A stretch of DNA of 64,000 nucleotides from Planctomycetota bacterium (GTDB taxonomy: Bacteria > Planctomycetota > UBA1135 > UBA2386), in assembly GCA_046290465.1 (NCBI GenBank), contig JBKAGP010000001.1:5952001-6016000 (forward strand). The letters are read 5' to 3'. Numbering within the stretch: position 1 is the first letter of the stretch; every line of letters starts with the position of its first letter. Position numbers and translations under genes: made by a program. This document shows positions 20,267 to 31,032 of the stretch, in pieces. The notes under the pieces are model-generated. The model was not told where the DNA came from and did no database searches. It saw only the letters and a list, made by a program, of their open reading frames with translations.

Positions 20267-21644
20267 CGAGCGCCTCCCGCTCTCGCAGCACGCGCACGTC
20301 CTCGCCCGTCGGCGCCTGGAACAGCCGCAGGTCGAACTCGTGCACGGCCGCGAGCAGGAAGTCGAACAGGTCGGCCTGGATCGCCTCGTAGTCGCCCCAC
20401 GCCGTCGTGCGCGTGAACGCGTAGATCTCGAGCGGCAGCCCCTTCGGCCCCGGCGGCAGCTGCCGCACCAGCAGCGTCAGGCCCTGGTGGATCATCGGGT
20501 GCTGCCGCAGCCACTCGTAGACGTAGGCGCGGAACGTGCCGATGTTGGTCAGCCGCCGCACGTCGAGCGGCGGCGTCGCGTCGCCGCAGGCCTTGTTGGT
20601 CTCGGCGAGCGCGGCCTTCTTGCCGTCGATGTACTTCTTCAGCACCACAAGCTCGCCGAAGCGGTCGACCTCCTCCTGGGTCAGGAACCGCACCGAGGCG
20701 CTGTCCAGGAACACCGAACGCTTGATGCGACGGCCGGGACCCTGGCTCATGTTGCGCCAGTTCTTGAACGGCTTGTTGACCAGCTGGATGGTCGGGATCG
20801 TCGACACCGTGCGGTCGAAGTTCTGGATCTTGACGGTGTGCAGCGCCATGTCGACGACGTCGCCGTCGGCAGCGCCGGGCACCTCGACCCAGTCGCCGAG
20901 CCGGATCATGTCGTTCTGCGACAGCGTCACCGACGCGACCACCGACAGGATCGTGTCCTTGAACACCAGCATCAGCACCGCGGTGAACGTGCCGAGGCCG
21001 ATCAGCACGCCGGTCGGATCGCGCCCGAACAAGAACGCCACCGCCGCGACCGTGCCGATCACGTAGAGGAAGATCTTGATCAGGCTGATGTAGCCCTTGA
21101 TCGGGCGGGCGCGGTTCTTGGCCCGGCGGTTCCAGATCTCGTGGCCGGCGTCGACGAGCGCGCCGAGCGCCAGCATGCCGGTGATCGTGGTCATCGCGGT
21201 CAGCACCTGCCGGACCCACAGCACGATCGGCTCGGCGGAGTCGAACGCCGGGTCGAGGCCCGGCATCGTCTCGACGATCGCGGCGCAGATCAGCGTCGGC
21301 GGCATGTAGCTGATCCACCGGAAGAACGCCTTGTCGACGAAGATGTCGTCCCAGGTGTTCTTGGTCTTGCGGATCAGCCGCACGATCACGAGCCGTCGCA
21401 GCGCGCGCGTCGCCAGCAGGATCAGCACGCCGATGACGACCAGCGCCGCGACGCCGATCACCTGTTCGATCCAGAGTTCGACGGTCTTCGGCAGCCAGCG
21501 CAGCGCGTTGAGCCCCTCCTCGGAGGCCTGCTCGATCGCCTTGCCGAGCGGATCCTGCGGTCCGGACGGCCCCTGGGGGAAGAAGCGCAGCACGGTCTCG
21601 ATCATCGCTGCCCGCATCATGCGCCCGCGGCGCGCCGGGTCCAT
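20259..21644 (-). CDS. miniconductance mechanosensitive channel (MscS family, YbdG-like)
   Basis: FKDTILSVVAS, GDWVEVP, TVKIQNFD, FKNWRNM, GRRIKRS, TNIGTFRAY, GLPLEIYAF. Start within 21606-21644. Confidence 0.93.
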   Translation of the reverse strand: MDPARRGRMMRAAMIETVLRFFPQGPSGPQDPLGKAIEQASEEGLNALRWLPKTVELWIEQVIGVAALVVIGVLILLATRALRRLVIVRLIRKTKNTWDDIFVDKAFFRWISYMPPTLICAAIVETMPGLDPAFDSAEPIVLWVRQVLTAMTTITGMLALGALVDAGHEIWNRRAKNRARPIKGYISLIKIFLYVIGTVAAVAFLFGRDPTGVLIGLGTFTAVLMLVFKDTILSVVASVTLSQNDMIRLGDWVEVPGAADGDVVDMALHTVKIQNFDRTVSTIPTIQLVNKPFKNWRNMSQGPGRRIKRSVFLDSASVRFLTQEEVDRFGELVVLKKYIDGKKAALAETNKACGDATPPLDVRRLTNIGTFRAYVYEWLRQHPMIHQGLTLLVRQLPPGPKGLPLEIYAFTRTTAWGDYEAIQADLFDFLLAAVHEFDLRLFQAPTGEDVRVLREREALGG

Positions 21645-21684
21645 CGTGATCGGCGAATCCTGCCGCTGCCGCTATGCTGCGCGG

Positions 21685-22869
21685 ATGGCCTCCCGTCTCG
21701 CCATGCTCCTGAGCCTGGTCCTCGCGGCCGCTCCGTCCGTCGCGCAGGACGAGGACCGCAGCGTTCGGATCGCCGGCGTCGTCGTCGATACGCGCGGCCG
21801 CGCGATCGAGGCGGCGAAGATCGGCACCGGCTGGTGGTACGACCAGCGCCGCATGAGCGCCTACGGCTCGCAGGACGTCTGGCCGGCGGACTCGACCCGC
21901 GACGCCAACGGCTGGAACTTCGTGCGCACCAACGTCGACGGCAGCTTCGCTGCGCGCGTGCTGCCGCAGCGTCGCAGCGACACGGTGCAGCTGATCGTGT
22001 TCTCCGAGGACTACCGGCTCGGCGGCGCGTTTGCGTGGGGCCGCGACGAACCGCTCGGCAAGCTGCGGCTGGTGCTCGAGCCGGTCGCGCGGTTCCGCGC
22101 GACGCTGACCTGCGACGCGCTCGGCAAGAAGCGCGTGCCGGCGACCGCGTACCTGCGCTCGTTCGACGGCCGCCGCATCGGCCGCTTCAAGGCCGACGAG
22201 GGACTGGTCGACCTGCGGCTGCCGGCCGGCCACTACGTGCTGCACGTCTACGGTGCCAACAAGCAGGAGGTCGAGGCGCGGAACTTCGCGTTCGCGGTGT
22301 CGGCGGGGGAGGACGCGCGCGCGCGCGACATCGACCTCGAGCCCAACTGGATCGCGTCGAACCGCGGCAAGGCGATCCCGCTGTGGCAGGCGACGGCGGC
22401 GCGCGGCCTGGACCTGCAGCGCACCGACTTCGCGACGTTCGCCGGCAAGTGGCTGCTGGTGCAGATGTGGAACTGCGAGAGCGTCGAGCCCGGTCGCGAC
22501 ATCCCGATGCTGCTGCGCTTCGACCAGGACTGGCGCCGCAAGCACCCCGGCGAGGAGCCGCCGTACGCGATCCTGCTGCTGCACATGGGCGGCGCCAAGA
22601 CGCTCGAGGAGCTCGACGAACAGATCGCGCACCTGCAGCTGCGCGAGAACCACTGGGGCGGCCAGCCGCTGCCGTTCCCGATCCTGCTCGATCCGGGCGA
22701 GAAGACCCGCGAGTTCTGGAAGACCCGCTGGCGCCGCACCACGTTGCTGTTCGATCCGCGCGGCAAGCTGTGGGGCGAGACCGACGGCGACGACGAACTC
22801 AAGCTGGCCGCCGAAGGCAAGCTCGAGCACGCCGTCCCGGCCCGCCCGAAGAAGGCGTCGGATCGATAG
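21685..22869 (+). CDS. secreted protein: beta-sandwich (carboxypeptidase regulatory-like) N-terminus + degenerate redoxin/TlpA-like domain
   Basis: Signal peptide; IAGVVVDTRGRAIEAAKI; FAGKWLLVQMWNC...LPFPILLD...TTLLFDPRGKL resembles a redoxin fold without CxxC. Confidence 0.65.
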   Translation: MASRLAMLLSLVLAAAPSVAQDEDRSVRIAGVVVDTRGRAIEAAKIGTGWWYDQRRMSAYGSQDVWPADSTRDANGWNFVRTNVDGSFAARVLPQRRSDTVQLIVFSEDYRLGGAFAWGRDEPLGKLRLVLEPVARFRATLTCDALGKKRVPATAYLRSFDGRRIGRFKADEGLVDLRLPAGHYVLHVYGANKQEVEARNFAFAVSAGEDARARDIDLEPNWIASNRGKAIPLWQATAARGLDLQRTDFATFAGKWLLVQMWNCESVEPGRDIPMLLRFDQDWRRKHPGEEPPYAILLLHMGGAKTLEELDEQIAHLQLRENHWGGQPLPFPILLDPGEKTREFWKTRWRRTTLLFDPRGKLWGETDGDDELKLAAEGKLEHAVPARPKKASDR

Positions 22870-22878
22870 GTTGATGCC

Positions 22879-23460
22879 GTGACAGATCCCAACGGACCGG
22901 ATCGTTCGGTGCGCATCAGCAAGTTCTTGAGCTACGTGCTGCGGCACCGCCCCGACACGGTGGGCATCGAGCTCGACGAGGGCGGTTGGGTGGACGTGGA
23001 CGTGCTGCTGGCCGCCGCGCGGGACCACGAACCCGAGCTCACGCGAGGCCGACTCGAGGAAGTCGTGCGCAGCTCCGACAAGCAGCGCTTCGTCCTGTCG
23101 GACGACGGGCGACGCATCCGCGCGAATCAGGGGCACTCGGTCGACGTCGATCTCGGTTTGCAGCCGATCGAACCGCCGGAGCAGCTGTTCCACGGGACGG
23201 CCGAACGGTTCGTCGACAGCATCTTCACGAACGGTCTGGAGCGGCGTTCCAGGCATCACGTGCACCTGTCGGCGGACGTCGAGGTCGCGCGCGCGGTCGG
23301 GCAACGGCACGGCCGGGTCGCGATCCTGCGCGTCGCCAGCGGCGCGATGCAGCGGGACGGCCTCGCGTTCTGCCGGTCGGACAATGGCGTCTGGCTGACG
23401 GCCCACGTCGCTCCGCGATATCTGACCCGGCTGCCGACCGGGGACCCCGAGCGGGCGTGA
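22879..23460 (+). CDS. kptA: RNA 2'-phosphotransferase (Tpt1/KptA)
   Basis: SKFLSYVLRHRP, DKQRF, IRANQGHS, LFHGT, HVHLS, NGVWLT. Confidence 0.97.
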   Translation: MTDPNGPDRSVRISKFLSYVLRHRPDTVGIELDEGGWVDVDVLLAAARDHEPELTRGRLEEVVRSSDKQRFVLSDDGRRIRANQGHSVDVDLGLQPIEPPEQLFHGTAERFVDSIFTNGLERRSRHHVHLSADVEVARAVGQRHGRVAILRVASGAMQRDGLAFCRSDNGVWLTAHVAPRYLTRLPTGDPERA

Positions 23461-23496
23461 TCCGCCGGGTCCGTGAGGTTGGTTCGGTCCGCAAGG

Positions 23497-23524
23497 TTGG
23501 TTTCGGGAGCAGACGTTACCGACC
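23497..23524 (+). repeat. 28-bp direct repeat, copy 2 (preceded by an ~18-bp tandem duplication)
   Basis: TTGGTTTCGGGAGCAGACGTTACCGACC; upstream ggtccgtgaggttggttc / ggtccgcaaggttggttt. Confidence 0.75.
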
Positions 23525-23631
23525 GAGGCTCGTGCCGACGGGGGCCACCTTTCGTTGGTGTGCGCCGCGTGCACGCGGCTAGGATCGCCGCCAGCGCCCG
23601 ATCGGCGCGGTCCCGAACTGCCAAGCCACTG

Positions 23632-24540
23632 ATGTCCGAACTGCTCGAATTCGTTCCCAACTTCTCCGAAGGCAAGGACCAGGCCGTCGTCGACGCGATC
23701 GTCGCGCAGATGGTCGCCGTGCCCGGTGTCACCTGCCTCGGCGCCGAACTCGACGGCAGCCACAACCGCGCGGTGGTGACGCTCGCCGGGGACAAGGACG
23801 CGGTCGCCGAGGCGGCGTTCGTCGGGGCGAAGGCGGCGATGGAGCGCATCGACCTGCGCAACCACAAGGGCGAGCACAAGCGCATGGGCGCGATGGACGT
23901 CTGCCCGTTCGTGCCGCTCGGCGCCACCACGATGGCGACCGCGGTGGCGACGGCGCGCGCGGTCGGCGAACGGATCGGCAACGAACTCGAACTGCCGGTG
24001 TTCCTCTACGCCGAGGCGTGCACGCGCGAGGAGCGCCGCAAGCTCGGCGCGATCCGCAACAAGGAGTTCGAAGGCCTCAAGGACCTGGTCGGCAGCGACG
24101 ACGACTACGCGCCGGACTTCGGCCCGGCGCGCATGCACGAGACCGCCGGCGCGGTCGGTGTCGGCGCGCGCAAGTTCCTGATCGCCTACAACATCAACCT
24201 CGCGACCGAGGACGTACAGGTCGCCAAGGACATCGCCAAGGCGGTGCGCGAGAAGGACGGGGGCTTCGCGAAGGTCCAGGGCATGGGCTTCTTCCTCGAC
24301 GACAAGAAGATGGCGCAGGTGTCGATGAACCTGCTCGACTTCGAGACCACGTCGATCCGCACCGTGTTCGACAAGGTCAAGGAACTGGCCAACGCGCAGG
24401 GGGTCGAGGTCGCCGAGAGCGAACTGATCGGTCTGGCGCCGGCCGCCGCGATCGACGCCGAGCTCGCCGCGCACATCCAGCTGCCCGACTTCGATGCCCA
24501 GCAGGCGGTGGTCGAGGCAAAGCTCGCCGGCGGGAACTGA
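23632..24540 (+). CDS. ftcd: glutamate formimidoyltransferase
   Basis: VPNFSEG, HNRAVVT, IDLRNHKGEHKRMGAMDVCPFVP, GARKFLIAYNINL, AQVSMNL, ESELIGL. Confidence 0.95.
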   Translation: MSELLEFVPNFSEGKDQAVVDAIVAQMVAVPGVTCLGAELDGSHNRAVVTLAGDKDAVAEAAFVGAKAAMERIDLRNHKGEHKRMGAMDVCPFVPLGATTMATAVATARAVGERIGNELELPVFLYAEACTREERRKLGAIRNKEFEGLKDLVGSDDDYAPDFGPARMHETAGAVGVGARKFLIAYNINLATEDVQVAKDIAKAVREKDGGFAKVQGMGFFLDDKKMAQVSMNLLDFETTSIRTVFDKVKELANAQGVEVAESELIGLAPAAAIDAELAAHIQLPDFDAQQAVVEAKLAGGN

Positions 24541-24545
24541 GCGCG

Positions 24546-25604
24546 ATGAGTGCGCGCCGTCCGTCCGGGTTCGTGCTGCTGCTGGTCGCTGCGTCGTCGG
24601 CGCTGCTGGCGGTGCTGATCGCACCGTTTGCCGCGTCGTTCTTCGCCGCCGCGGTGCTCGCCGGCGTGCTGCACCCGGCCAAGGAGGCGCTCGCCCGGCG
24701 ACTCGGCGATCGCGGCGGTGCCGCGTCGCTGCTGCTGACGACCGGCGTGGTGCTGCTGGTCGTCGGCCCGATGGCCGGCCTGATCGTGTTCGTCGCCAAG
24801 CAGGGCACTTCGCTCTACGCGCGCGGCCTCGAGACCTGGCGCGAGTCCGGCGTAGAAGGGCTGATCGCCGAGCTGCCGGGGCCGCTGCAGGACCTGGCGC
24901 GCTGGCTCGGCGAGCACTGGCCGGGCAGCTTCCGGGTGGTGTCCGAGTCGGGCGGTGACGAAGCGGTGGCGGTCTCGGGCCAGCAGCTGCAGGCCGCGAC
25001 GTCGGTCGCCGCGGCGGTGCTCGACGGCCTCGCCAACGTGCTCGTCGACATGGGCGTGCTCGTCGTCACGATGTTCTTCCTGCTGCACCAGGGCAAGAAG
25101 CTGGTCGACTGGGTCGTCGACGTGCTGCCGCTGGCCAACGACGAAGGCGAACGGCTGGTCGCGGAGTTCCGCGACGTGACCCGCGCCGTGTTCGGCGCGA
25201 CGATCGTCACCGCGCTGCTGCAGACGGTGGTGTCGTGGATCGGCTACGCGATCGCCGGCATCCCGTACCAGCCGATCGCGCTGCTGGTGACGTTCGTCTG
25301 CGCGCTGATCCCGGTGGTCGGCGCAGCGCTGGTGGTGCTGGCGATCGGCGGGCTGCTGTGGCTCGACGGCCAGACCGGCTACGGCGTGTTCCTGATCGTC
25401 TGGGGTCTGCTGCCGGTCGGCCTCAGCGACAACATCGTCAAGCCGTGGCTGGCCAAGGACAAGATGCGCCTGCCCGGTCCGGTGGTGCTGTTCTCGATGC
25501 TCGGCGGGGTCGTCGTGTTCGGCGCGTTCGGCATCGTCGCCGGTCCGCTGATCGTCGCGTTCTTCCTGGCGTCGCTGCGCCTGCTGGACCGGCGCGACGG
25601 CTAA
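24546..25604 (+). CDS. AI-2E family transporter
   Basis: Multi-TM protein with IPVVG, DNIVKP, GGVVVFGAFGIVAGP. Confidence 0.9.
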   Translation: MSARRPSGFVLLLVAASSALLAVLIAPFAASFFAAAVLAGVLHPAKEALARRLGDRGGAASLLLTTGVVLLVVGPMAGLIVFVAKQGTSLYARGLETWRESGVEGLIAELPGPLQDLARWLGEHWPGSFRVVSESGGDEAVAVSGQQLQAATSVAAAVLDGLANVLVDMGVLVVTMFFLLHQGKKLVDWVVDVLPLANDEGERLVAEFRDVTRAVFGATIVTALLQTVVSWIGYAIAGIPYQPIALLVTFVCALIPVVGAALVVLAIGGLLWLDGQTGYGVFLIVWGLLPVGLSDNIVKPWLAKDKMRLPGPVVLFSMLGGVVVFGAFGIVAGPLIVAFFLASLRLLDRRDG

Positions 25605-25613
25605 GCTGCCCGG

Positions 25614-26428
<815 letters not shown>

Positions 26429-26432
<4 letters not shown>

Positions 26433-28966
26433 GCTACCGGCCACCGGGCACGCTCGGAGTGCTGCGGATCCTGGCGGGCAACTCGATGCGGCGGCTGTTC
26501 CGCGCCGCCGACGTGCAGAAGTCCAAGCGCCAGCACGAGGCCGCGCGCCCGCGCCACGGCGACCGGCAGCGCCCTGGCAACGAGCCGGCGCGTAGCAAGG
26601 GGCCGCGGCGCCGCAAGGCGACCCGGCGCAAGTCCGGCAGCGGGATGATGTGGCTGATGCTGCTGATGGTGCCGCTGTTCGTGTTCCAGTCGATGCTGAT
26701 GTCGCGGCGGGCGGTGGACAACCTCAGCATCGCCGCGCATCGGACCGCGCCGGGCGAGGGGCGTCTGGTCGTTCCCAAGGACCTCTACTGGGAGATCTAC
26801 AAGGTCGCCAACAAGGGGCCCGACCAGGTCGCCGCGGTGCTCGCCGAGAACGGCATCGACGAACAGCATCGCCCGCCGCGTTCGCGCATCGAACGCGCGG
26901 TGGCCGCGCGCGCCTCGGACGGGCTCGACAAGGCCGGCATGTACCTGAAGCGGGAGCGCGGGCCCGACGGCTTCCGCTGGCGCAGCGACGAGGCGCGCCG
27001 GCTGTTCGTGCAGTGCGGCGCGACCCTGCTGCTGCTGTTGACGGTGATGGGGCTGTGCAGCGCGTTCGGTGCGGCCAACACCTCGCTCGGCGGCGGCGAC
27101 TGGGTGCAGTGGTGGTTGATGACGTTCCCGGTCGCGACCCGTTCGCTGGTGCTGGCCAGGGCGCTCGAGTTCTCGCTGGTGCAGTTCTTTCCGTGGTTCA
27201 CGCTGTTCCCGCTGAGCTACCAACTGCTGTCGGCGCTCGGCCAGCCGTGGGCCCTGCCGATCGCGATCGCGGCGACGCTGGCGACCACGTTCCTCAGCGG
27301 CGCCGTGCGGCTGTGGGGCGAGACGCACCTGCGGCTGCGCTTCTCGCTGCACACGATCAAGAACATCCAGGGGGCGTGCACGTTGCTGTCGCTCGCGATG
27401 ATCGGCCTGGTGTTCTGGCTCGGATTGACCGAGCAGACCCCGTTCGTGTTCGTCGACGTGGCCGGAGCACTGCCGGAGTGGCTGACCCTGCTGCCTGGCG
27501 CCTGGCCGATCGGCCTGCCGGGCTTCGGCGCGCTGGCGGCGATCGTCGGGATCGTCGTGACGTGCGCCGCGTTCGGGTTCTCGATCGCCTCGACGTCCCG
27601 CTCGCTGCGCGGCGGCGTGATGCGCACCGGCGGCGTCGATGCCGGCCAACGCCGTGGCCTGCGAACGTGGGCGCGCGGCGTGGGCCTGTCGCTCGGCGGC
27701 AAGGAACTGGCGCTGCTGAAGCGCGACCGGACGTTCCTGGTGCAGACGCTGCTGGTGCCGCTGTTCATCATCGTGCTGCAGCTGATCGTCAACCCCAAGA
27801 TCGGCGATGCCGAAGGCGTCGGGGTCGCGATCATCGCCTACGTGGTCGGCTTCTACGGCGCGACCGGCGGCTGCTTCCAGGTGCTCAGCTCCGAGGGCCG
27901 GGCGCTGTGGATGCTCTACTCGCTGCCGATCTCGGCCGAGCAGGTGCTGCGGCACAAGACGCGCGTGTGGGCGACGGTCTGCTGCGTGTTCGGCACGGTC
28001 GGCCTGGTGGTGTTCTCGGCGCGCGGTGGCTTCGACGCGGGGCAGTTCGCGGTCGACCTCTTGTTCGTGCTGGCGGGCGTCTGGTGCGCCGCGCACATCG
28101 CCGCGGCGATCAGCGTGATGGGCGCCAACACCACGCCGGACTCGGTGCAGCGGCAGCCCAAGCAGCGCTATGCGTGGCTGTTCCTGTTCCTGGCCGGTTC
28201 GTACTCGGCCGTGCTCGGCCTGCCCGAACCGGGCCACCGGATCGCCGGGGCGACCGTGTTCGCGACGATCTCGTATGCGATGTGGCAGCGCGCCGCCGAC
28301 CGGATGCGGTGGTTGCTCGATCCGGTCACCGACCCGCGCGACCGCCTGACGCTGATCGATGCCGGCGGCGCGATGCTGGCGTTCTTCATGCTGCAGCTGG
28401 CGACGTTCGCGATCGTCTACGCGGTGACCGAGGCGATGATGTGGAGCCTGACGATCGGCTTCGTCGTCGGCGGAACGGTCACGCTGGCCTTCTACCTGGT
28501 CCGGCTACCGGCGCGGGGCGTGCCGCTCGCCGCCGAACTCGGCATGCGGGCTCGGCCAAGGGCGGCGCTTGCGACGACCGCGATCGGCGTGCTGGTCGGC
28601 GGCGCACTCGGCGGCCTCGCTCTGCTGTACTTGCGTTGGCTGGAGGAGGTCGCGCCGGCCCAGGTGCCGCCGGTGCCGCCGGAGGACTTCGTGGCGCTGT
28701 TGGTGCTCGGGGTCTGCGCCGCCCCGGTGATCGAAGAACTGCTGTTCCGCGGCCTGCTGCTGGGCGCGCTGCGGCGGTCGACGTCGACGATCGTCGCGCT
28801 GCTGTGGAGTTCGCTGGTGTTCACGTTCGTGCACCCGATGGCGTCCTGGCCGCCGGTGTTCCTGGTCGGTGTCGCGTGCGCGGCGCTGCGGCACCGCGGC
28901 GGCTTCCTGCCCGCCTGCATGGTGCTGCACGCGGTCTACAACGCGATCGTCATCGGGCTGCGCTGA
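26429..28966 (+). CDS. ABC-exporter permease-like protein fused to a CPBP (CAAX/Abi) intramembrane protease
   Basis: Many TM helices with KELALLKRDR and SSEGRALWML..LP permease-like motifs; C-terminal EELLFRG, F..VH, LHAVYN; GTGA coupling to the ATPase. Confidence 0.85.
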
Positions 28967-31032
28967 GCGCCGGCGCGGTCCCGAAACCGCTGCGCCGCCG
29001 CGAGCAAGCGCGCGAACCAGCGTGATTCGGTGTAGTCGCGCATCACCCGGCTGTGGCCGGCGGCGGCGATGCGGCGCCGCTCGTCCTCGTGCGCAAGGTA
29101 GTGGTGCGTCAGCTCGACGCATTCCTCGAGCGACGAGAAGCCGACGATCTCCTCGCCCGGCCGCAGCCAGCGGCCGATCTCGGTCGGGTTGTCGCACAGC
29201 TGCAACACGCCGTTGGCCGGCAGCTCCAGGAAGCGCGTGTTGCACGGACCCGTCGAGTTGTGCAGGTTCCAGCCGAGCCGCGCGCGCGGGTAGATCGACG
29301 TCTGTGGCGCGCGCCCCATCGGCCAGCCGGGCCCGCGCACGCAGGCGTCGGGGAACGTTCGCACCAGCGCTTCGACGCGCTGCGCCCGATCGCTGAGGCC
29401 GAGGTCGCGTTCGCAGCACAGCGCGATGTCGAGCGGGCGCGCGTCGTCGAGGATCGAGGTGCCGGTCACGCCGGCGGCGATGCGGTCGGGGCGCAGCACC
29501 GGGAAGATCGGCTCGACGTGGCCGCAGCCCCACGAACGGTAGTCGTCGAGGCAGGTCGGGTTGACCACCAGCTGCACGTCATAGTGCGGCGCGATCGGTC
29601 GCGACAGCTGCTCGCTGTTCTCGGGGTCGTCGGCGCTGACGAACACCGACGTGCCGGCGAACTGCTCGACGAACTCCGGGTGCAGCATCGAGCCGCCGGC
29701 GGCGACCAGCAGGTCGCACCCGCTGAGCAGCTCGCCGAGACGTTCGTAGTCCGCCATCAGCTGCGGGTCGCGCGAGCGGTAGCGCCGGTCGAGTTCGGGG
29801 AACAGATACCAGTGCTCGCAGCGGATCCCGAACGGCACCACGTCGTGGCCGAGCGCGTTCATGCGGTCGGCGCAGCCCTGCTCCTCGGTGACGCGCGCCT
29901 GCGAGTAGGCGGGATAGACCCACGCGACCTTCGGTGCGCGCGCCTGCGGCGGCGCCGGGCGCGCGGGGGCCGGCACCAGCACCTTGTCCGCCTGCGAGCG
30001 CACGTCGATCTGCTCCTGCAGGATGTCGTCGAGCGTGCGCGTCAGCGACCAATCCGGATAGTCGCGCTGCAGCTTCGACAGGTCGGTGTAGTAGACGCGG
30101 TGGTCGCCGCGGCGTTGGTTGCCGCCGAGGTGCAGCTTCGGCCGCCGACCACACAGCGCCTCGATCCGTTCGACGCACTCGAGCAGCGACGCCGCGTTGG
30201 CGCGGCCGCCGCCGAGGTTGTAGACCTCGCCGGGTCGCGGCGCCTGCGCGAACGCCCACAGCGCCGCGACCACGTCGTCGGCGTGGATCTGGTCGCGCAC
30301 CTGCTTGCCGCCGTGGCCGTAGACCGTGTAGTCGCCCCCGGTCACCGCCTGGCGCACCAGGTAGTTGAGGAAGCCGTGCAGCTCGACGCCGGCGTGGTCG
30401 GGGCCGGTCAGGCAGCCACCGCGGAACACCCCGGTGTTGAGCCCGAAGTAGCGTCCGTATTCCTGGACCATCACGTCCGCCGCCACCTTGCTCGCGCCGA
30501 ACACCGAGTGCATCGTGCGGTCGATCGGCTGGGTCTCGGCGATGCCGCGCCGCAGCTCGTCGGTCGCGAAGTCGTAGCGCGTGTCGAGCTCGACCTGCGG
30601 CAGGTGGTTGGGGCCGTCGCCGTAGACCTTGTTGGTGCTCAAGAACGTGAACACCGCGTCCGGCGCGTGCTGGCGGCAGGCCTCCAGCAGGTTGATCGTG
30701 CCGACCGCGTTGACGTCGAAGTCGTCGAACGGCCGGCTGGCTGCGAGGTCGTGGCTCGGCTGCGCCGCCGCGTGCACGACCAGCTCGAAGCCGCCGTCGC
30801 GCAGCACGCCGTCGACCTCGGCCCGGTCGCGGATGTCGAGGTCGAGGTGACGAAACCGGTCGAAGTGCGCGCGCAGCGTCAGCAGCGTGCGGCGGGTGTC
30901 GCCCTTCGGCCCGAAGAAGTCGCGCCGCATGTTGTTGTCGACGCCGACGACGTCGCAGCCCATGCGGCAGAAGAACGACACCGCTGCCGAGCCGATCAGC
31001 CCGCTGCTGCCGGTGACCAGCACGCGCATCAC
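28936..31032 (-). CDS. CDP-paratose/tyvelose 2-epimerase-like SDR fused to a CgeB-type glycosyltransferase
   Basis: TGSSGLIG, AAQPSHD, STNKVYGD, GKQVRD; C-terminal NTRFLE..ERRRIAAAGH. Confidence 0.88.
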   Translation of the reverse strand: MMRVLVTGSSGLIGSAAVSFFCRMGCDVVGVDNNMRRDFFGPKGDTRRTLLTLRAHFDRFRHLDLDIRDRAEVDGVLRDGGFELVVHAAAQPSHDLAASRPFDDFDVNAVGTINLLEACRQHAPDAVFTFLSTNKVYGDGPNHLPQVELDTRYDFATDELRRGIAETQPIDRTMHSVFGASKVAADVMVQEYGRYFGLNTGVFRGGCLTGPDHAGVELHGFLNYLVRQAVTGGDYTVYGHGGKQVRDQIHADDVVAALWAFAQAPRPGEVYNLGGGRANAASLLECVERIEALCGRRPKLHLGGNQRRGDHRVYYTDLSKLQRDYPDWSLTRTLDDILQEQIDVRSQADKVLVPAPARPAPPQARAPKVAWVYPAYSQARVTEEQGCADRMNALGHDVVPFGIRCEHWYLFPELDRRYRSRDPQLMADYERLGELLSGCDLLVAAGGSMLHPEFVEQFAGTSVFVSADDPENSEQLSRPIAPHYDVQLVVNPTCLDDYRSWGCGHVEPIFPVLRPDRIAAGVTGTSILDDARPLDIALCCERDLGLSDRAQRVEALVRTFPDACVRGPGWPMGRAPQTSIYPRARLGWNLHNSTGPCNTRFLELPANGVLQLCDNPTEIGRWLRPGEEIVGFSSLEECVELTHHYLAHEDERRRIAAAGHSRVMRDYTESRWFARLLAAAQRFRDRAGAQRSPMTIAL

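Noticed and set aside
22879..23460. kptA as part of an RNA-repair or defence operon
   Set aside because: No rtcB, macro-domain, ligase or toxin gene nearby; solitary kptA is common.
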